Shown piece after piece: positions 51,800 through 60,990 of a stretch of DNA of 64,000 bases; positions within the stretch are counted from its first letter, which is position 1; the number at the start of each line of letters is the position of its first letter. The stretch is from the IMG/VR virus record IMGVR_UViG_3300024262_000013, one strand, 5' to 3'. The notes under the pieces are model-generated. The model was not told the DNA's origin and made no database searches. It saw only the letters and a list, made by a program, of their open reading frames with translations. Made by a program: the position numbers and the translations under genes. The DNA is from a virus. Taxonomy: Duplodnaviria; Caudoviricetes.

Positions 51800-52264
51800 A
51801 TGTATATTAAAGAGTATGACAACGTAATGGGTAAAGGATTTTCAGTAGAGCAATTAGTTAATGGTAAAATGTGTAAATTCATGGTAAGTGATAACGGTTT
51901 TGATTCTGAAACTGAATATGAGTACAGAGCGATTACTAAGTGTGTTGCGGGGTTTTTAACAATTTCAGAGAATAAAGGTAAACTTTCACAGATTGCTACT
52001 CAATGGAAAAAGAATTCACTACACACACTTGAAGTTAAAAATCAATACGGTAACTACCAAATAGTATTGGCTATGAAAGGTGGTAAATTCTATATAATGG
52101 ATAAAGTTATCGTTGAGACTTTGACTGTTGGTGATATACACTCAACTTTCCCTAAAATGGCTGACCATAATCACTGGAAAGTTATCGGTTCTAAAACATG
52201 GGCTGACCCAGCTTACGGAGAGTTAAAGGATTCTTTTAAAAACTTAACTTTTGAAATGGTTTAA
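51800..52264 (+). CDS. hypothetical protein
   Basis: 154 aa between a Bacteroidota-type promoter and a terminator. Confidence 0.7.
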   Translation: MYIKEYDNVMGKGFSVEQLVNGKMCKFMVSDNGFDSETEYEYRAITKCVAGFLTISENKGKLSQIATQWKKNSLHTLEVKNQYGNYQIVLAMKGGKFYIMDKVIVETLTVGDIHSTFPKMADHNHWKVIGSKTWADPAYGELKDSFKNLTFEMV

Positions 52265-52269
52265 CCCAT

Positions 52270-52298
52270 AAAAAAAACCCACCGATTGGTGGGTTTTT
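52270..52298. terminator. bidirectional intrinsic terminator
   Basis: A8-CCCACC-GATT-GGTGGG-T5 between convergent genes. Confidence 0.85.
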
Positions 52299-52317
52299 AA
52301 TTTATATTTATATAGGT

Positions 52318-53163
52318 TTAGAAGTCCATGTTGTCGTATGGGTCTAACAAACTTCTTTGTTTAAATCCAACACCACCAACATAGGTTTCTTGATTTTTAA
52401 TTTGGCCTCTGTAAAACTCTAACATTTTTTTAGCGACTGCTCTATCATATTCCTTATCATCCGTCTCAGGAACCATATCATCAACATAGATAGAGCCTCT
52501 AAACCTTCTTAATGGTCCTTTATGGTCGTAAATATCATTAATGTCTGAATAGTCCATATTGAAGTCAAAATCATCTACAGGATATTTAATAAACTCTTCA
52601 TCTTCATCTTCATCTTCATCATCAATCTGTTCACTCACTAAATTGTCTGACATAAAAAAATCAACAAATGGTTGACGTTCATCATCCATCTTACTTATGT
52701 AGTCTTCAGTCTCTCTATATGGTTGAAGTAATTCAGGGTTTTCACAATGAAAATCAACATGAGCGGCATAATCTTCCATAGTTACTATACCATCACTATC
52801 TAAATCAAAGTGTGTGTATAGTTCATTAGGACTTATTATTCCATCATTATTTTCATCCACCGAATCCTCATTAATTGATTCAGTTTCATCATCAATAACA
52901 ATATCGGTCATATACTCCAACATTTTAGGACCATAGATATCTAATAGTCTATTAATAACAATTTTCGGGTTTTTTCTCATGTACCTTACGATATCCGCAG
53001 GTACTTCACCACTATATTTACCAAACACATTTTCTAGTTCAGCCTCTCGTGGAGTCTTATTTATTTTAGGTTCGACACTAAAATCTTGTTCAATAAGTTT
53101 TTTTTCTACGGCTTTTTGTATTATCTTTGTAAGCTCAGTTTCAGAAACGACAAGTTTTTTCAT
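52318..53163 (-). CDS. acidic putative head-interior protein with EF-hand-like loops
   Basis: MKKLVVSETELTKII N-terminus; DENNDGIISPNE and DLDSDGIVTMED; tandem TATTTATA upstream. Confidence 0.65.
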   Translation of the reverse strand: MKKLVVSETELTKIIQKAVEKKLIEQDFSVEPKINKTPREAELENVFGKYSGEVPADIVRYMRKNPKIVINRLLDIYGPKMLEYMTDIVIDDETESINEDSVDENNDGIISPNELYTHFDLDSDGIVTMEDYAAHVDFHCENPELLQPYRETEDYISKMDDERQPFVDFFMSDNLVSEQIDDEDEDEDEEFIKYPVDDFDFNMDYSDINDIYDHKGPLRRFRGSIYVDDMVPETDDKEYDRAVAKKMLEFYRGQIKNQETYVGGVGFKQRSLLDPYDNMDF

Positions 53164-53180
53164 AATAATTTGTTTTTTCT

Positions 53181-53194
53181 TATAAATATAAATA
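53181..53194 (-). promoter_or_regulatory. putative late promoter, two overlapping TATTTATA
   Basis: Upstream of the minus-strand ATG at 53163. Confidence 0.5.
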
Positions 53195-53214
53195 GAATTA
53201 AAAAAAAGTCTAAT

Positions 53215-53811
53215 ATGAAAGAAAAGTCTAAATCTTATTTGTTGTTTATTTTCGCCGAGTTCGAAGAGGGGTCAACAATACTAAAAGATATCCCACTACA
53301 ATTAACTCCAATAAGTTCATCAAAATACCTTAAATATAACTACACCGATACTAATGTGGTGTGTAATTTTGAGTCAACACAACCGTTTAACGACTTAAGA
53401 GAGTTTATTGACAGTACTATCGGATTAATTGTTGACCAGTGGTATTTATTAGAGCATCCTGATAATATGGCTGTACATATTGATGATTCTTTAAAGTTAA
53501 ATTTATTTGATTTAGAGTCAGAAAATAAAATCTATGAAAAATTGTTTAATAAACAAGATGATGATGAGATGTTGAAAATTATGGACTATTTTTTAGTTCA
53601 CACTATGAAAAATTTAGATAAAGATGGTCTAAATCCCATTTATTTTGAGGATGAAGATGATGATTCTTTAATAAAACAACTTAAATTAAAAAAAAGCAGT
53701 ACCTTTGTAAGACCAACGTTAAACCAATTACTTGAAAAAGTTAAAGAAAACGGTGTAGAGAAATTAACTAAATATGAAAAACAAATATTAGACGAATATG
53801 CGAGAAATTAA
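53215..53811 (+). CDS. hypothetical protein with C-terminal DUF6576-like helix
   Basis: ATG 53215 preferred; LNQLLEKVKENGVEKLTKYEKQIL. Confidence 0.55.
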   Translation: MKEKSKSYLLFIFAEFEEGSTILKDIPLQLTPISSSKYLKYNYTDTNVVCNFESTQPFNDLREFIDSTIGLIVDQWYLLEHPDNMAVHIDDSLKLNLFDLESENKIYEKLFNKQDDDEMLKIMDYFLVHTMKNLDKDGLNPIYFEDEDDDSLIKQLKLKKSSTFVRPTLNQLLEKVKENGVEKLTKYEKQILDEYARN

Positions 53812-54607
53812 ACAAAACAACAGTATGTATACATTAAATCAAGATGATATTCAGATGTATCTAAAGGACCTTAGAAAGATTGACGTTATGACTCCTGACA
53901 GGGAAAGAGAATTATCTAACATTATGTGTTCTGATGATTGTACCGAGGAACAAACAAAAAAAATACATAAAGAACTTTTAGAGGGTAATCTTAGATTTGT
54001 TATTACAGTAGCAAAACAATATCAAAATCAAGGGTTAGATATGGCTGATTTAATTGCTGAAGGAAACTTAGGGTTGATGAAAGCAATAAAAAACTTCGAT
54101 TGGACTAAAAAACTTAGATTTATCTCTTACGCCGTTTGGTGGGTTAAACAATCAATACTACAATCCCTCAACGAAAACTCAAGAACTATTCGATTACCAG
54201 TTAATGTTGTGCAAGACTTACATAAAGCTAAGAAATTGGCTCAGAAAACTAATACAGAGTTGGATTCAAAATTTACTAGTTTACCAAAAACAACTTCGGT
54301 TGACAACTATATTAATGACGAGGGAGACACTCTAATCGATTTAATTGAGAATAAGGACTCCGTACAACCCGATGAAGGGTTTAATAGTGCAGATGAGCTT
54401 AAAAATAGGTTGTTGGGTATAATGTCAGTTCTTGATGACCGTGAAAGGAATATAGTTGAAGAATATTACGGTTTGACAGGAACACCAAGAACTCTTGAAG
54501 ATATTGGAGGAGATTTTAGTTTAACCAAAGAAAGGGTAAGACAAATAAAAGAAAAGGCATTACGTAAATTACGTAACGAAAGCTCTACTTTATTTGACTA
54601 TTTATAG
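53798..54607 (+). CDS. RNA polymerase sigma factor, sigma70/RpoD family (Bacteroidota-type, no region 1.1)
   Basis: NLRFVITVAKQYQNQG, DLIAEGNLGL, RFISYAVWW, RTIRLP, LTKERVRQIKEKALRKL. Confidence 0.92.
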   Translation: MREIKQNNSMYTLNQDDIQMYLKDLRKIDVMTPDRERELSNIMCSDDCTEEQTKKIHKELLEGNLRFVITVAKQYQNQGLDMADLIAEGNLGLMKAIKNFDWTKKLRFISYAVWWVKQSILQSLNENSRTIRLPVNVVQDLHKAKKLAQKTNTELDSKFTSLPKTTSVDNYINDEGDTLIDLIENKDSVQPDEGFNSADELKNRLLGIMSVLDDRERNIVEEYYGLTGTPRTLEDIGGDFSLTKERVRQIKEKALRKLRNESSTLFDYL

Positions 54608-54612
54608 GATAT

Positions 54613-54630
54613 TTAACTATTTATAGTTAA
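54613..54630 (+). promoter_or_regulatory. putative late promoter embedded in a palindrome
   Basis: TTAACTAT-TT-ATAGTTAA containing TATTTATA (54618-54625). Confidence 0.5.
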
Positions 54631-54643
54631 CAAAAATAACTTT

Positions 54644-55831
54644 ATGGGTATTTTAAAAGAAATTAAAAAACATATTTTCCCGACCATAGTCGCACTATCA
54701 GCGTTATCTGTGAGTATCTCTGCGGCTTTTTATTCGGTCTCAGGACTTAGTAAACTATTTGCTGGTGCAACATACGAGGTCATAGTAATGGCTTCATCAT
54801 TAGAGGTGGCTAAGTTAGTTATTGCTTCGTTACTATATCAATATTGGAATAAGATTAATAGATTATTAAGGGTATACTTAACTTTAGCTACAATAATTTT
54901 AGTTCTTATTACATCCGCGGGAATATACGGGTTCTTATCCGCAGCATATCAGGAGACGGCCACGAAATCAGGTATAGTCGATAAAAAAGTTGAGGTAATG
55001 GAACTTAGAAAAAATAGGTTCACTGAAAATAGAGATTATTTAATCACCGAAAAAGAAGTGTTAGATAATAGTATTTCATCTCTTAGAAATGGTCTATCTA
55101 ACAATGTTATACAATATAAAGATAAAGAGTCAGGTGAAATAATAACGACCACCTCATCAAGTACTCGAAAGGCGTTACAAAAAGAATTAAATAGTGCGGT
55201 ATCACAAAGAGAAAAACTGTCGGTAAAGTTAGAAACCGCGACAGACTCAATTAATAGTATTGATATTAAGATTTTAAATACTGAAAGCACTGCTGAAATA
55301 TCAAGTGAGTTAGGTCCATTAAAATATTTAAGTGAATTAACAGATAAACCGATGAATAAGATAATTAATATATTACTATTAGTTATTATATTCGTATTTG
55401 ACCCGTTAGCGATTTCTTTAGTTATTGCTGCTAACTTTGCCTTCAACCAAATAAAAAATAAGGATGAAGAGAAAGAAAAGGATATTACAAGAACATCACT
55501 TGACATATCTAAAGAGGCGGGTAAAATCGAAAAAGAGTTAGTTAGTAAGGAACCTAAACCCTTAGAAGTTTCGGATGAGTTATTAAATAAACTACAGACT
55601 CAATTGGATAAAATAGGTGAGGAATCCTCTAAAAAACAAAAAATAGTTACACCAACTGATGATTTATTAAAAAATATTGATAAACTATCAGAAGTGATTG
55701 ATTTAGAAAGTGACGTAGAAAAACAATCAGAGAATAAAGAACATAATAAAGTCACTCCACAACAAAATAAACGTGTTCTAACATATAGAAGGAGAGATGG
55801 AGGTAGAAATACAGAAACAGATAGGGCTTAA
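54644..55831 (+). CDS. multi-TM coiled-coil membrane protein
   Basis: Three N-terminal hydrophobic helices, coiled coil, fourth TM (FDPLAISL); TATTTATA upstream. Confidence 0.65.
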   Translation: MGILKEIKKHIFPTIVALSALSVSISAAFYSVSGLSKLFAGATYEVIVMASSLEVAKLVIASLLYQYWNKINRLLRVYLTLATIILVLITSAGIYGFLSAAYQETATKSGIVDKKVEVMELRKNRFTENRDYLITEKEVLDNSISSLRNGLSNNVIQYKDKESGEIITTTSSSTRKALQKELNSAVSQREKLSVKLETATDSINSIDIKILNTESTAEISSELGPLKYLSELTDKPMNKIINILLLVIIFVFDPLAISLVIAANFAFNQIKNKDEEKEKDITRTSLDISKEAGKIEKELVSKEPKPLEVSDELLNKLQTQLDKIGEESSKKQKIVTPTDDLLKNIDKLSEVIDLESDVEKQSENKEHNKVTPQQNKRVLTYRRRDGGRNTETDRA

Positions 55832-56402
55832 ACCTATAGGTAATTATAAAAGAAAAAAACAGATACTGTTAACTAATACAGGTCGTCACCAAAAAGACTA
55901 TATCAACGGTCTTAGATATCGAATGGGTGGTAAATATGATAAGTTACCTCATTATGTGATTTCAAGAGAGGGTGTTATACACCAAATTATACCCCCAGAA
56001 ACATATAGTAATTATATGGATATTAAAACATATAATAAATCTACAATAGTAATTTCATTAGAAAATTTGGGTTGGTTACGTAAAAACCCACTAGTCGGGG
56101 GATATATTAACTGGATTGGTAATATTTATAAAGATAGAATATATGAGAGGAAGTGGAGAGGTTACTTTTTTTGGCAACCATACACTGAAAAACAGATAGA
56201 GAGTTTATCCAAATTGATTAATAAACTATGTGTTGACTTTAGTATACCTACGACCTTTATTGGTCATAATGTTAAAGTGGATAAAATTGAAAAGTTTCAT
56301 GGAATTGCGTCATATAGTAATTACAATAAAGACAGAACCGATTTAAACCCATCTTTTAATTTTGAAGAATTTATAAAAATAGTAGAAAATGAACACATAT
56401 GA
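55797..56402 (+). CDS. Amidase_2-like (N-acetylmuramoyl-L-alanine amidase fold), first Zn His apparently missing
   Basis: LPHYVISREG.IHQI, ISLEN, YTEKQIESL..LI..L, IGHN, TDLNPSF; LLTNT where IxHH/CT is expected. Confidence 0.7.
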   Translation: MEVEIQKQIGLKPIGNYKRKKQILLTNTGRHQKDYINGLRYRMGGKYDKLPHYVISREGVIHQIIPPETYSNYMDIKTYNKSTIVISLENLGWLRKNPLVGGYINWIGNIYKDRIYERKWRGYFFWQPYTEKQIESLSKLINKLCVDFSIPTTFIGHNVKVDKIEKFHGIASYSNYNKDRTDLNPSFNFEEFIKIVENEHI

Positions 56403-56970
56403 TGAATTAAAAACCCTATTAGAGGCATCTAGAACGATGTTAGGTAAGAATAATCTTAGTGAGTCAAGAGACGTATTAAGAAAGAGTGGTATAATCAAGG
56501 AACAGGAAGAGGAAGATGGGCCAACAAATATTGATGTTGATTCTGAGCAAGAAATAGAAATTGAAACTACGCCGGATGAAGACAAACAAAAACCATATAG
56601 AGTTTCTGGTGGTCTAATTACTTTACATGGTAAAACAAAACAAGAGTTAGAGTTAACTACAGATGAGAAGACATCATTTCAAGAAACTATGGATGAGTTT
56701 GTTAATGAAGTTTCAGATTTATCAGATTTTGGAACATTAAATCTATATCCTAATAATGTTGATTGGTCAGGTAAAGTTATTGACTATGATGTTGAATTTT
56801 ATTTCTCGATAGGTGAAAATAATGGAGTTTATATTAATGGTGATATGATTAAGTTAGACGATGGTTTAGTTGAATTAATAAATAAATTAACATCTTTTTA
56901 CGATAAGTTTAAAGCTAGATGGGCTAAAGTTTTATCACAAAGAAAGAAAACTAAAAATATTGAAGGGTAA
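56389..56970 (+). CDS. hypothetical acidic protein
   Basis: 193 aa, overlaps the amidase-like gene. Confidence 0.65.
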   Translation: MNTYDELKTLLEASRTMLGKNNLSESRDVLRKSGIIKEQEEEDGPTNIDVDSEQEIEIETTPDEDKQKPYRVSGGLITLHGKTKQELELTTDEKTSFQETMDEFVNEVSDLSDFGTLNLYPNNVDWSGKVIDYDVEFYFSIGENNGVYINGDMIKLDDGLVELINKLTSFYDKFKARWAKVLSQRKKTKNIEG

Positions 56971-57863
56971 TGGTATTTGCAACTATTTTAAGTGGTATTA
57001 ACGGAGTTATTGGATTTATTAAAAATAATCCTAAATTTTTCTTAGGGGTTATTTTTGCGTTAATGGTAATTTTATTATTTAAACAATGTGATAAGGTTAA
57101 AAACTTAAAATATGAAATAAAAGTTAAAGAAGTTGAGTACGATAACGAAAAAAATAGATTCTTTAACAATATTCAAACTTTAAAAGACTCAGTAGAATTT
57201 GTTGAGGGAGATAACATTTATATTAAGTCATTATTAAGAGTTAAAGAAGATGAGTTATCGGTAATGGATAACCAGTTAGAAAGTGCTAGAATCAATATAA
57301 AAGTATTAGCTAATAAGTTAGATGGTGAATCTGAAGTAAAAAATATTTATATTACTGAAATTAGTTCTGAGTTAACAACTAATGATGTTATGACTAATAT
57401 TAAAAAAGATAGTTTAGGTAACTTATCTTTAGGTATAAGAGATACGAATCAGATTTATAGTATTGAAACCGAAAGTTGGTTTAAACTAACCCCATATAAC
57501 GATTCATTAAGGATTGAGTTAGTTGATAAGTTTGGATTAGATAAATCCTCACAATTAAAACACAAATTAAATTTTTCTTTAACATTATCTCAAATCGAAA
57601 TGAGTGATGGGTTAACGAGAGTAATCGTTCAACCAACAGATAAGTACGGACAAATAATTCCACCAAACATATTACAAATACCATTTGTTAATGGTGTGGA
57701 GTTTATGGATGTAAAGCCAAATATAATCCCACCACCACCACCGATTAAAAAAAGACGAGGTTTTGGGATGTTAATAGGTCCCTCATATGGGTTATATAAT
57801 ATAAACGGTACATTCCAACCAACATGGGGAATAGGTATAAGTGTTGGTTATAAGATTTTTTAA
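56970..57863 (+). CDS. membrane-anchored coiled-coil protein, spanin candidate
   Basis: N-terminal TM ending LFKQC, coiled coil, C-terminal beta-hairpin GMLIGPSYG...GIGISVGYKIF. Confidence 0.5.
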   Translation: MVFATILSGINGVIGFIKNNPKFFLGVIFALMVILLFKQCDKVKNLKYEIKVKEVEYDNEKNRFFNNIQTLKDSVEFVEGDNIYIKSLLRVKEDELSVMDNQLESARINIKVLANKLDGESEVKNIYITEISSELTTNDVMTNIKKDSLGNLSLGIRDTNQIYSIETESWFKLTPYNDSLRIELVDKFGLDKSSQLKHKLNFSLTLSQIEMSDGLTRVIVQPTDKYGQIIPPNILQIPFVNGVEFMDVKPNIIPPPPPIKKRRGFGMLIGPSYGLYNINGTFQPTWGIGISVGYKIF

Positions 57864-57874
57864 TATTTATTAAT

Positions 57875-58123
57875 ATGGCATTAACACACGCAGACAAAAA
57901 CGACATTGAAGTGATGATTAGGAAAGAGATAAAAGACTTTCTTGGTTCTACCACTATAAATCAATTTGAGAAAAAAATTGTAGATAAGATACAAGATGAA
58001 ATACGTAGGGGAAAAATTACTAAAGATGTTAGTGAAATCGTAGCTAAGGTCATGAAGGAATTTTATAAGATTATGTGGACAAGAAGAAGTTTTTGGGAGC
58101 CGACTTTAAAAAACGTTAAATAA
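57875..58123 (+). CDS. hypothetical protein
   Basis: 82 aa; TATTTATT 3 nt upstream. Confidence 0.7.
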   Translation: MALTHADKNDIEVMIRKEIKDFLGSTTINQFEKKIVDKIQDEIRRGKITKDVSEIVAKVMKEFYKIMWTRRSFWEPTLKNVK

Positions 58124-59028
58124 TGGAAAATGTATCAAATCAAATAAAAAAAGCTATCGGTAAGGAAATGAATTCTGCGATGGCTAATAATTTTACTAAA
58201 CATGGTGATAGTGATAGTGTTAGTAAGTTCATGACCAGTAGTAATAATCTTAAGAAAGAAGTTCAAGAAGACGGAGAAAAAGGATGGTCACCCCAAGTCG
58301 GTAAAACTGAAGGATTAAGTTCTAAAACATTAACTAAGATATTAACCAAAATCGCTAAAGATTTAGACGATGAAGTAGAAGTCTCAAAGGAAGAAACTAA
58401 AGAGGCTACAGGAGCATCATCTGCTGGTGCATATGTTGGTCCTTTATTTGGTAAGATTAAGAAAAGAAAAATAAAAGAGGATAAGATTAAAGGTGGTTTA
58501 GCGGATAACATGACTTTAGATGACTTAGCAAAACATCATGAAGTAGAGATTGATGAAATTATTAACGCTATGGAAAAAGGTGTTAATACTGAATTTGAAC
58601 ACACTACAGAAATGATGGTAGCGTTTGAAATTGCTATGGACCACATATATGAGGACTTAAACTACTATAATAAGTTAGAAAAGATTGAATCTAAAGAAGC
58701 CACAACTTCTTCATCTGCCGGAGCGTACGATGTACCATTCGGTGCACCAAAAAGAGACCCATTAAAACTTGATACCCCAAAAAATGTATACTCAAAATTA
58801 AGGTCAGTAACAGATAAGAACTTTCCAAAATTAGGTGGACCAGGTAGTAAATACGTTAAAATTAAAGACAAATGTAAAAAGTTCCCTTACTGTAATCAAG
58901 GGGATATAAACGCTTTGGAATTCTTTGAAAATAATATTGTAAAAGAAGCCATAAAACAAGTATCACGAAAATATAAGTTAGACAGTTCCTTTATTAAGGG
59001 TGTTATAATGGAAAAGTTAAATAAATAA
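58123..59028 (+). CDS. putative head-interior protein with DUF5661-like domain
   Basis: KGVNTEFEHT...AFEIAMDHIYEDLNYYNKL; two KEAT.SSAGAY motifs. Confidence 0.6.
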   Translation: MENVSNQIKKAIGKEMNSAMANNFTKHGDSDSVSKFMTSSNNLKKEVQEDGEKGWSPQVGKTEGLSSKTLTKILTKIAKDLDDEVEVSKEETKEATGASSAGAYVGPLFGKIKKRKIKEDKIKGGLADNMTLDDLAKHHEVEIDEIINAMEKGVNTEFEHTTEMMVAFEIAMDHIYEDLNYYNKLEKIESKEATTSSSAGAYDVPFGAPKRDPLKLDTPKNVYSKLRSVTDKNFPKLGGPGSKYVKIKDKCKKFPYCNQGDINALEFFENNIVKEAIKQVSRKYKLDSSFIKGVIMEKLNK

Positions 59029-59043
59029 TTGATACTTACTATA

Positions 59044-59051
59044 TATTTATA
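59044..59051 (+). promoter_or_regulatory. putative late promoter TATTTATA
   Basis: 14 nt upstream of ATG 59066. Confidence 0.5.
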
Positions 59052-59065
59052 ATAAAAATACAGAC

Positions 59066-60199
59066 ATGAAAGATATTGAAAATATGATTGAAAACTTAGT
59101 AGAGAGAGTTCTACATGAGGAAGTCAACAAAAAAGTTAAAACTATAACTGAAACCGTTTCAGGTGAAATTGATGAAATGGAAGAGTATTATGAGGTAGCC
59201 AAAAATCGTAAAAACGACAGAGTGGTTAAAAAAGAAGAATCTAATGAGGATATGGGTAAAGCACCGGAAATAGGACCTGAAGACGATAGAGTTATTGGTA
59301 CGAAAGATGTGAGTGAAGAAACCTGTGGGGAATGTGGTAAAGAAATGTGTGAATGTGGTACTATGGAAGAAGAAGTTAAACCTGATTTCTTAGATTTAGA
59401 TGGTGATGGTAATAAAAAAGAATCCATGAAAAGTGCCGCTAAATCAAAGAAAAAGAAAGAATCTAAAGAACAAACTACGTCAGGTTCATCAGGAGGATTC
59501 AGCGCACCTTTAGGTTGGAATGAAAATACTAAGAAAAAACGTACATTAAAACTTAGTGAAGATGAGATGATTGAATTAATTGAGAGAATTGTGAAAGAGC
59601 AAAAAATCTCAGGTGTTTTAGGACAAAATAATGCGATGAAGACATCTAAAAAAGATAATGAGGACTATATAAAATTGGTAACTAAAAAAATGAAAGCGTA
59701 TCTGAAAGACGCAGATGAAGGGGAATATGTTGCTGACCCTGAGAAATTCCCAACAGGTAACGGTGATAGAAAAGATGATAAGATGATGTATACCGCATCT
59801 GACGGTGTTGAAGAGTATATTGACCAAATCGCACGTTCAGGTGGTATGGAAAACTTAGACTACGACCAAATTAAACCAGATGAGGAATGGTTAGACATGA
59901 ATATTTTAGGTTCTTCAGAAACAGGTAATAACCCCGAATGGGCTAATGCGGTTAAGACCGATACCGGTGAGAAAGTTAAAGACAGAATGGATAAAAACAT
60001 TTTATCTAAACTTAAAAAACAATCCTATAATAAAGCACCTCAACCAGTGACTGACTATTCAGGAAAGAAAAGACACACTGATTCAATGGCAGGTATTGAA
60101 GTCTCAGAATCAGTTAACACTATTAAGGATAAAGTAAGAGTAAATGAGGACATTGATAAGATGAAAAAATTATTTTCACACAATTATAAAACTCAATAA
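59066..60199 (+). CDS. putative prohead core/scaffold-like protein
   Basis: Highly E/K-rich; KPDFLDLDGDGNKKESMK motif; LKLSEDEMIELIERIVKEQ; TATTTATA upstream. Confidence 0.55.
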   Translation: MKDIENMIENLVERVLHEEVNKKVKTITETVSGEIDEMEEYYEVAKNRKNDRVVKKEESNEDMGKAPEIGPEDDRVIGTKDVSEETCGECGKEMCECGTMEEEVKPDFLDLDGDGNKKESMKSAAKSKKKKESKEQTTSGSSGGFSAPLGWNENTKKKRTLKLSEDEMIELIERIVKEQKISGVLGQNNAMKTSKKDNEDYIKLVTKKMKAYLKDADEGEYVADPEKFPTGNGDRKDDKMMYTASDGVEEYIDQIARSGGMENLDYDQIKPDEEWLDMNILGSSETGNNPEWANAVKTDTGEKVKDRMDKNILSKLKKQSYNKAPQPVTDYSGKKRHTDSMAGIEVSESVNTIKDKVRVNEDIDKMKKLFSHNYKTQ

Positions 60200-60247
60200 C
60201 AAACAATAAAGCGTTTATATTTTTTTGGTCCATTCTATATTTTCATT

Positions 60248-60733
60248 ATGAAGAGATATAGAATGGACCAATTTTTTAAATGGTTATCTACACCTATGGA
60301 TAAGGAAGATATAGATACGTGGAATCGAGCAAATAATATTCAACCCGAATATTGTGATTTATTTGAGGATTTTAGTTTCTCATTATATTACTTAGTGAGT
60401 AGTACTTATTTAGGTTTCAGTCATGGTGATAATAACGTAACTAAGATAGGTGTTGGTGATGATGATAAAACCGAACACTTTAAATGGTGTATTAATAAAA
60501 TTGTCACTGATTTTAAAAAAGAAAACATTATTTTTAAATTTAGTGATGACGATTACGACTATTTTGAGTCATTCTATATGGAAGTATATTATGAACAGAG
60601 AGATGAGTTAGTTAGGGGCTCATTAGAGAGCTTCTTACGGGAGTTATTCAATAGAAAGAGAGTTATTACCAAACCAGATATTGAGATGTTTACAGGTCTT
60701 TATAAGTCACTTGAACGTTCAATCAAATTATAA
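60248..60733 (+). CDS. hypothetical protein
   Basis: 161 aa ORF. Confidence 0.7.
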   Translation: MKRYRMDQFFKWLSTPMDKEDIDTWNRANNIQPEYCDLFEDFSFSLYYLVSSTYLGFSHGDNNVTKIGVGDDDKTEHFKWCINKIVTDFKKENIIFKFSDDDYDYFESFYMEVYYEQRDELVRGSLESFLRELFNRKRVITKPDIEMFTGLYKSLERSIKL

Positions 60734-60812
60734 TTTTTCCCTTTTCTATTTACTATGAGCAATATAAAATTAAGTTTTTTAAAAACATAAACTATAATAA
60801 GAATTTGAAAAA

Positions 60813-60983
60813 ATGAAAACATTAGAAACAATCAAAGTATTGGTAGAAGAACTTTCTGTTGACACAACAAAGTTTTACGCTGGTAACAAATCTGCTGGAG
60901 TAAGAGCAAGAAAAGGAGCACAACAGTTAAAGTCTTTACTGCAAGATTTAAGAATAGAAATCTTGGAAGAAAAAAATAAGTAA
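60813..60983 (+). CDS. histone H1-like Hc1 family protein (56 aa, not in ORF track)
   Basis: MKTLETIKVLVEELSVDTTKFYAGNKSAGVRARKGAQQLKSLLQDLRIEILEEKNK*; GNKSAGVRARK hallmark. Confidence 0.85.
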   Translation: MKTLETIKVLVEELSVDTTKFYAGNKSAGVRARKGAQQLKSLLQDLRIEILEEKNK

Positions 60984-60990
60984 TAAGACG

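Noticed and set aside
52305-52312. Plus-strand TATTTATA after the terminator
   Set aside because: No plus-strand gene follows; consistent with a chance hit in AT-rich DNA.
53086-53214. ORF-track N-terminal extensions (also 21459, 43277, 43390, 47931, 50201)
   Set aside because: They overlap neighbouring genes; downstream ATGs show coupling or A-rich leaders and were used instead.
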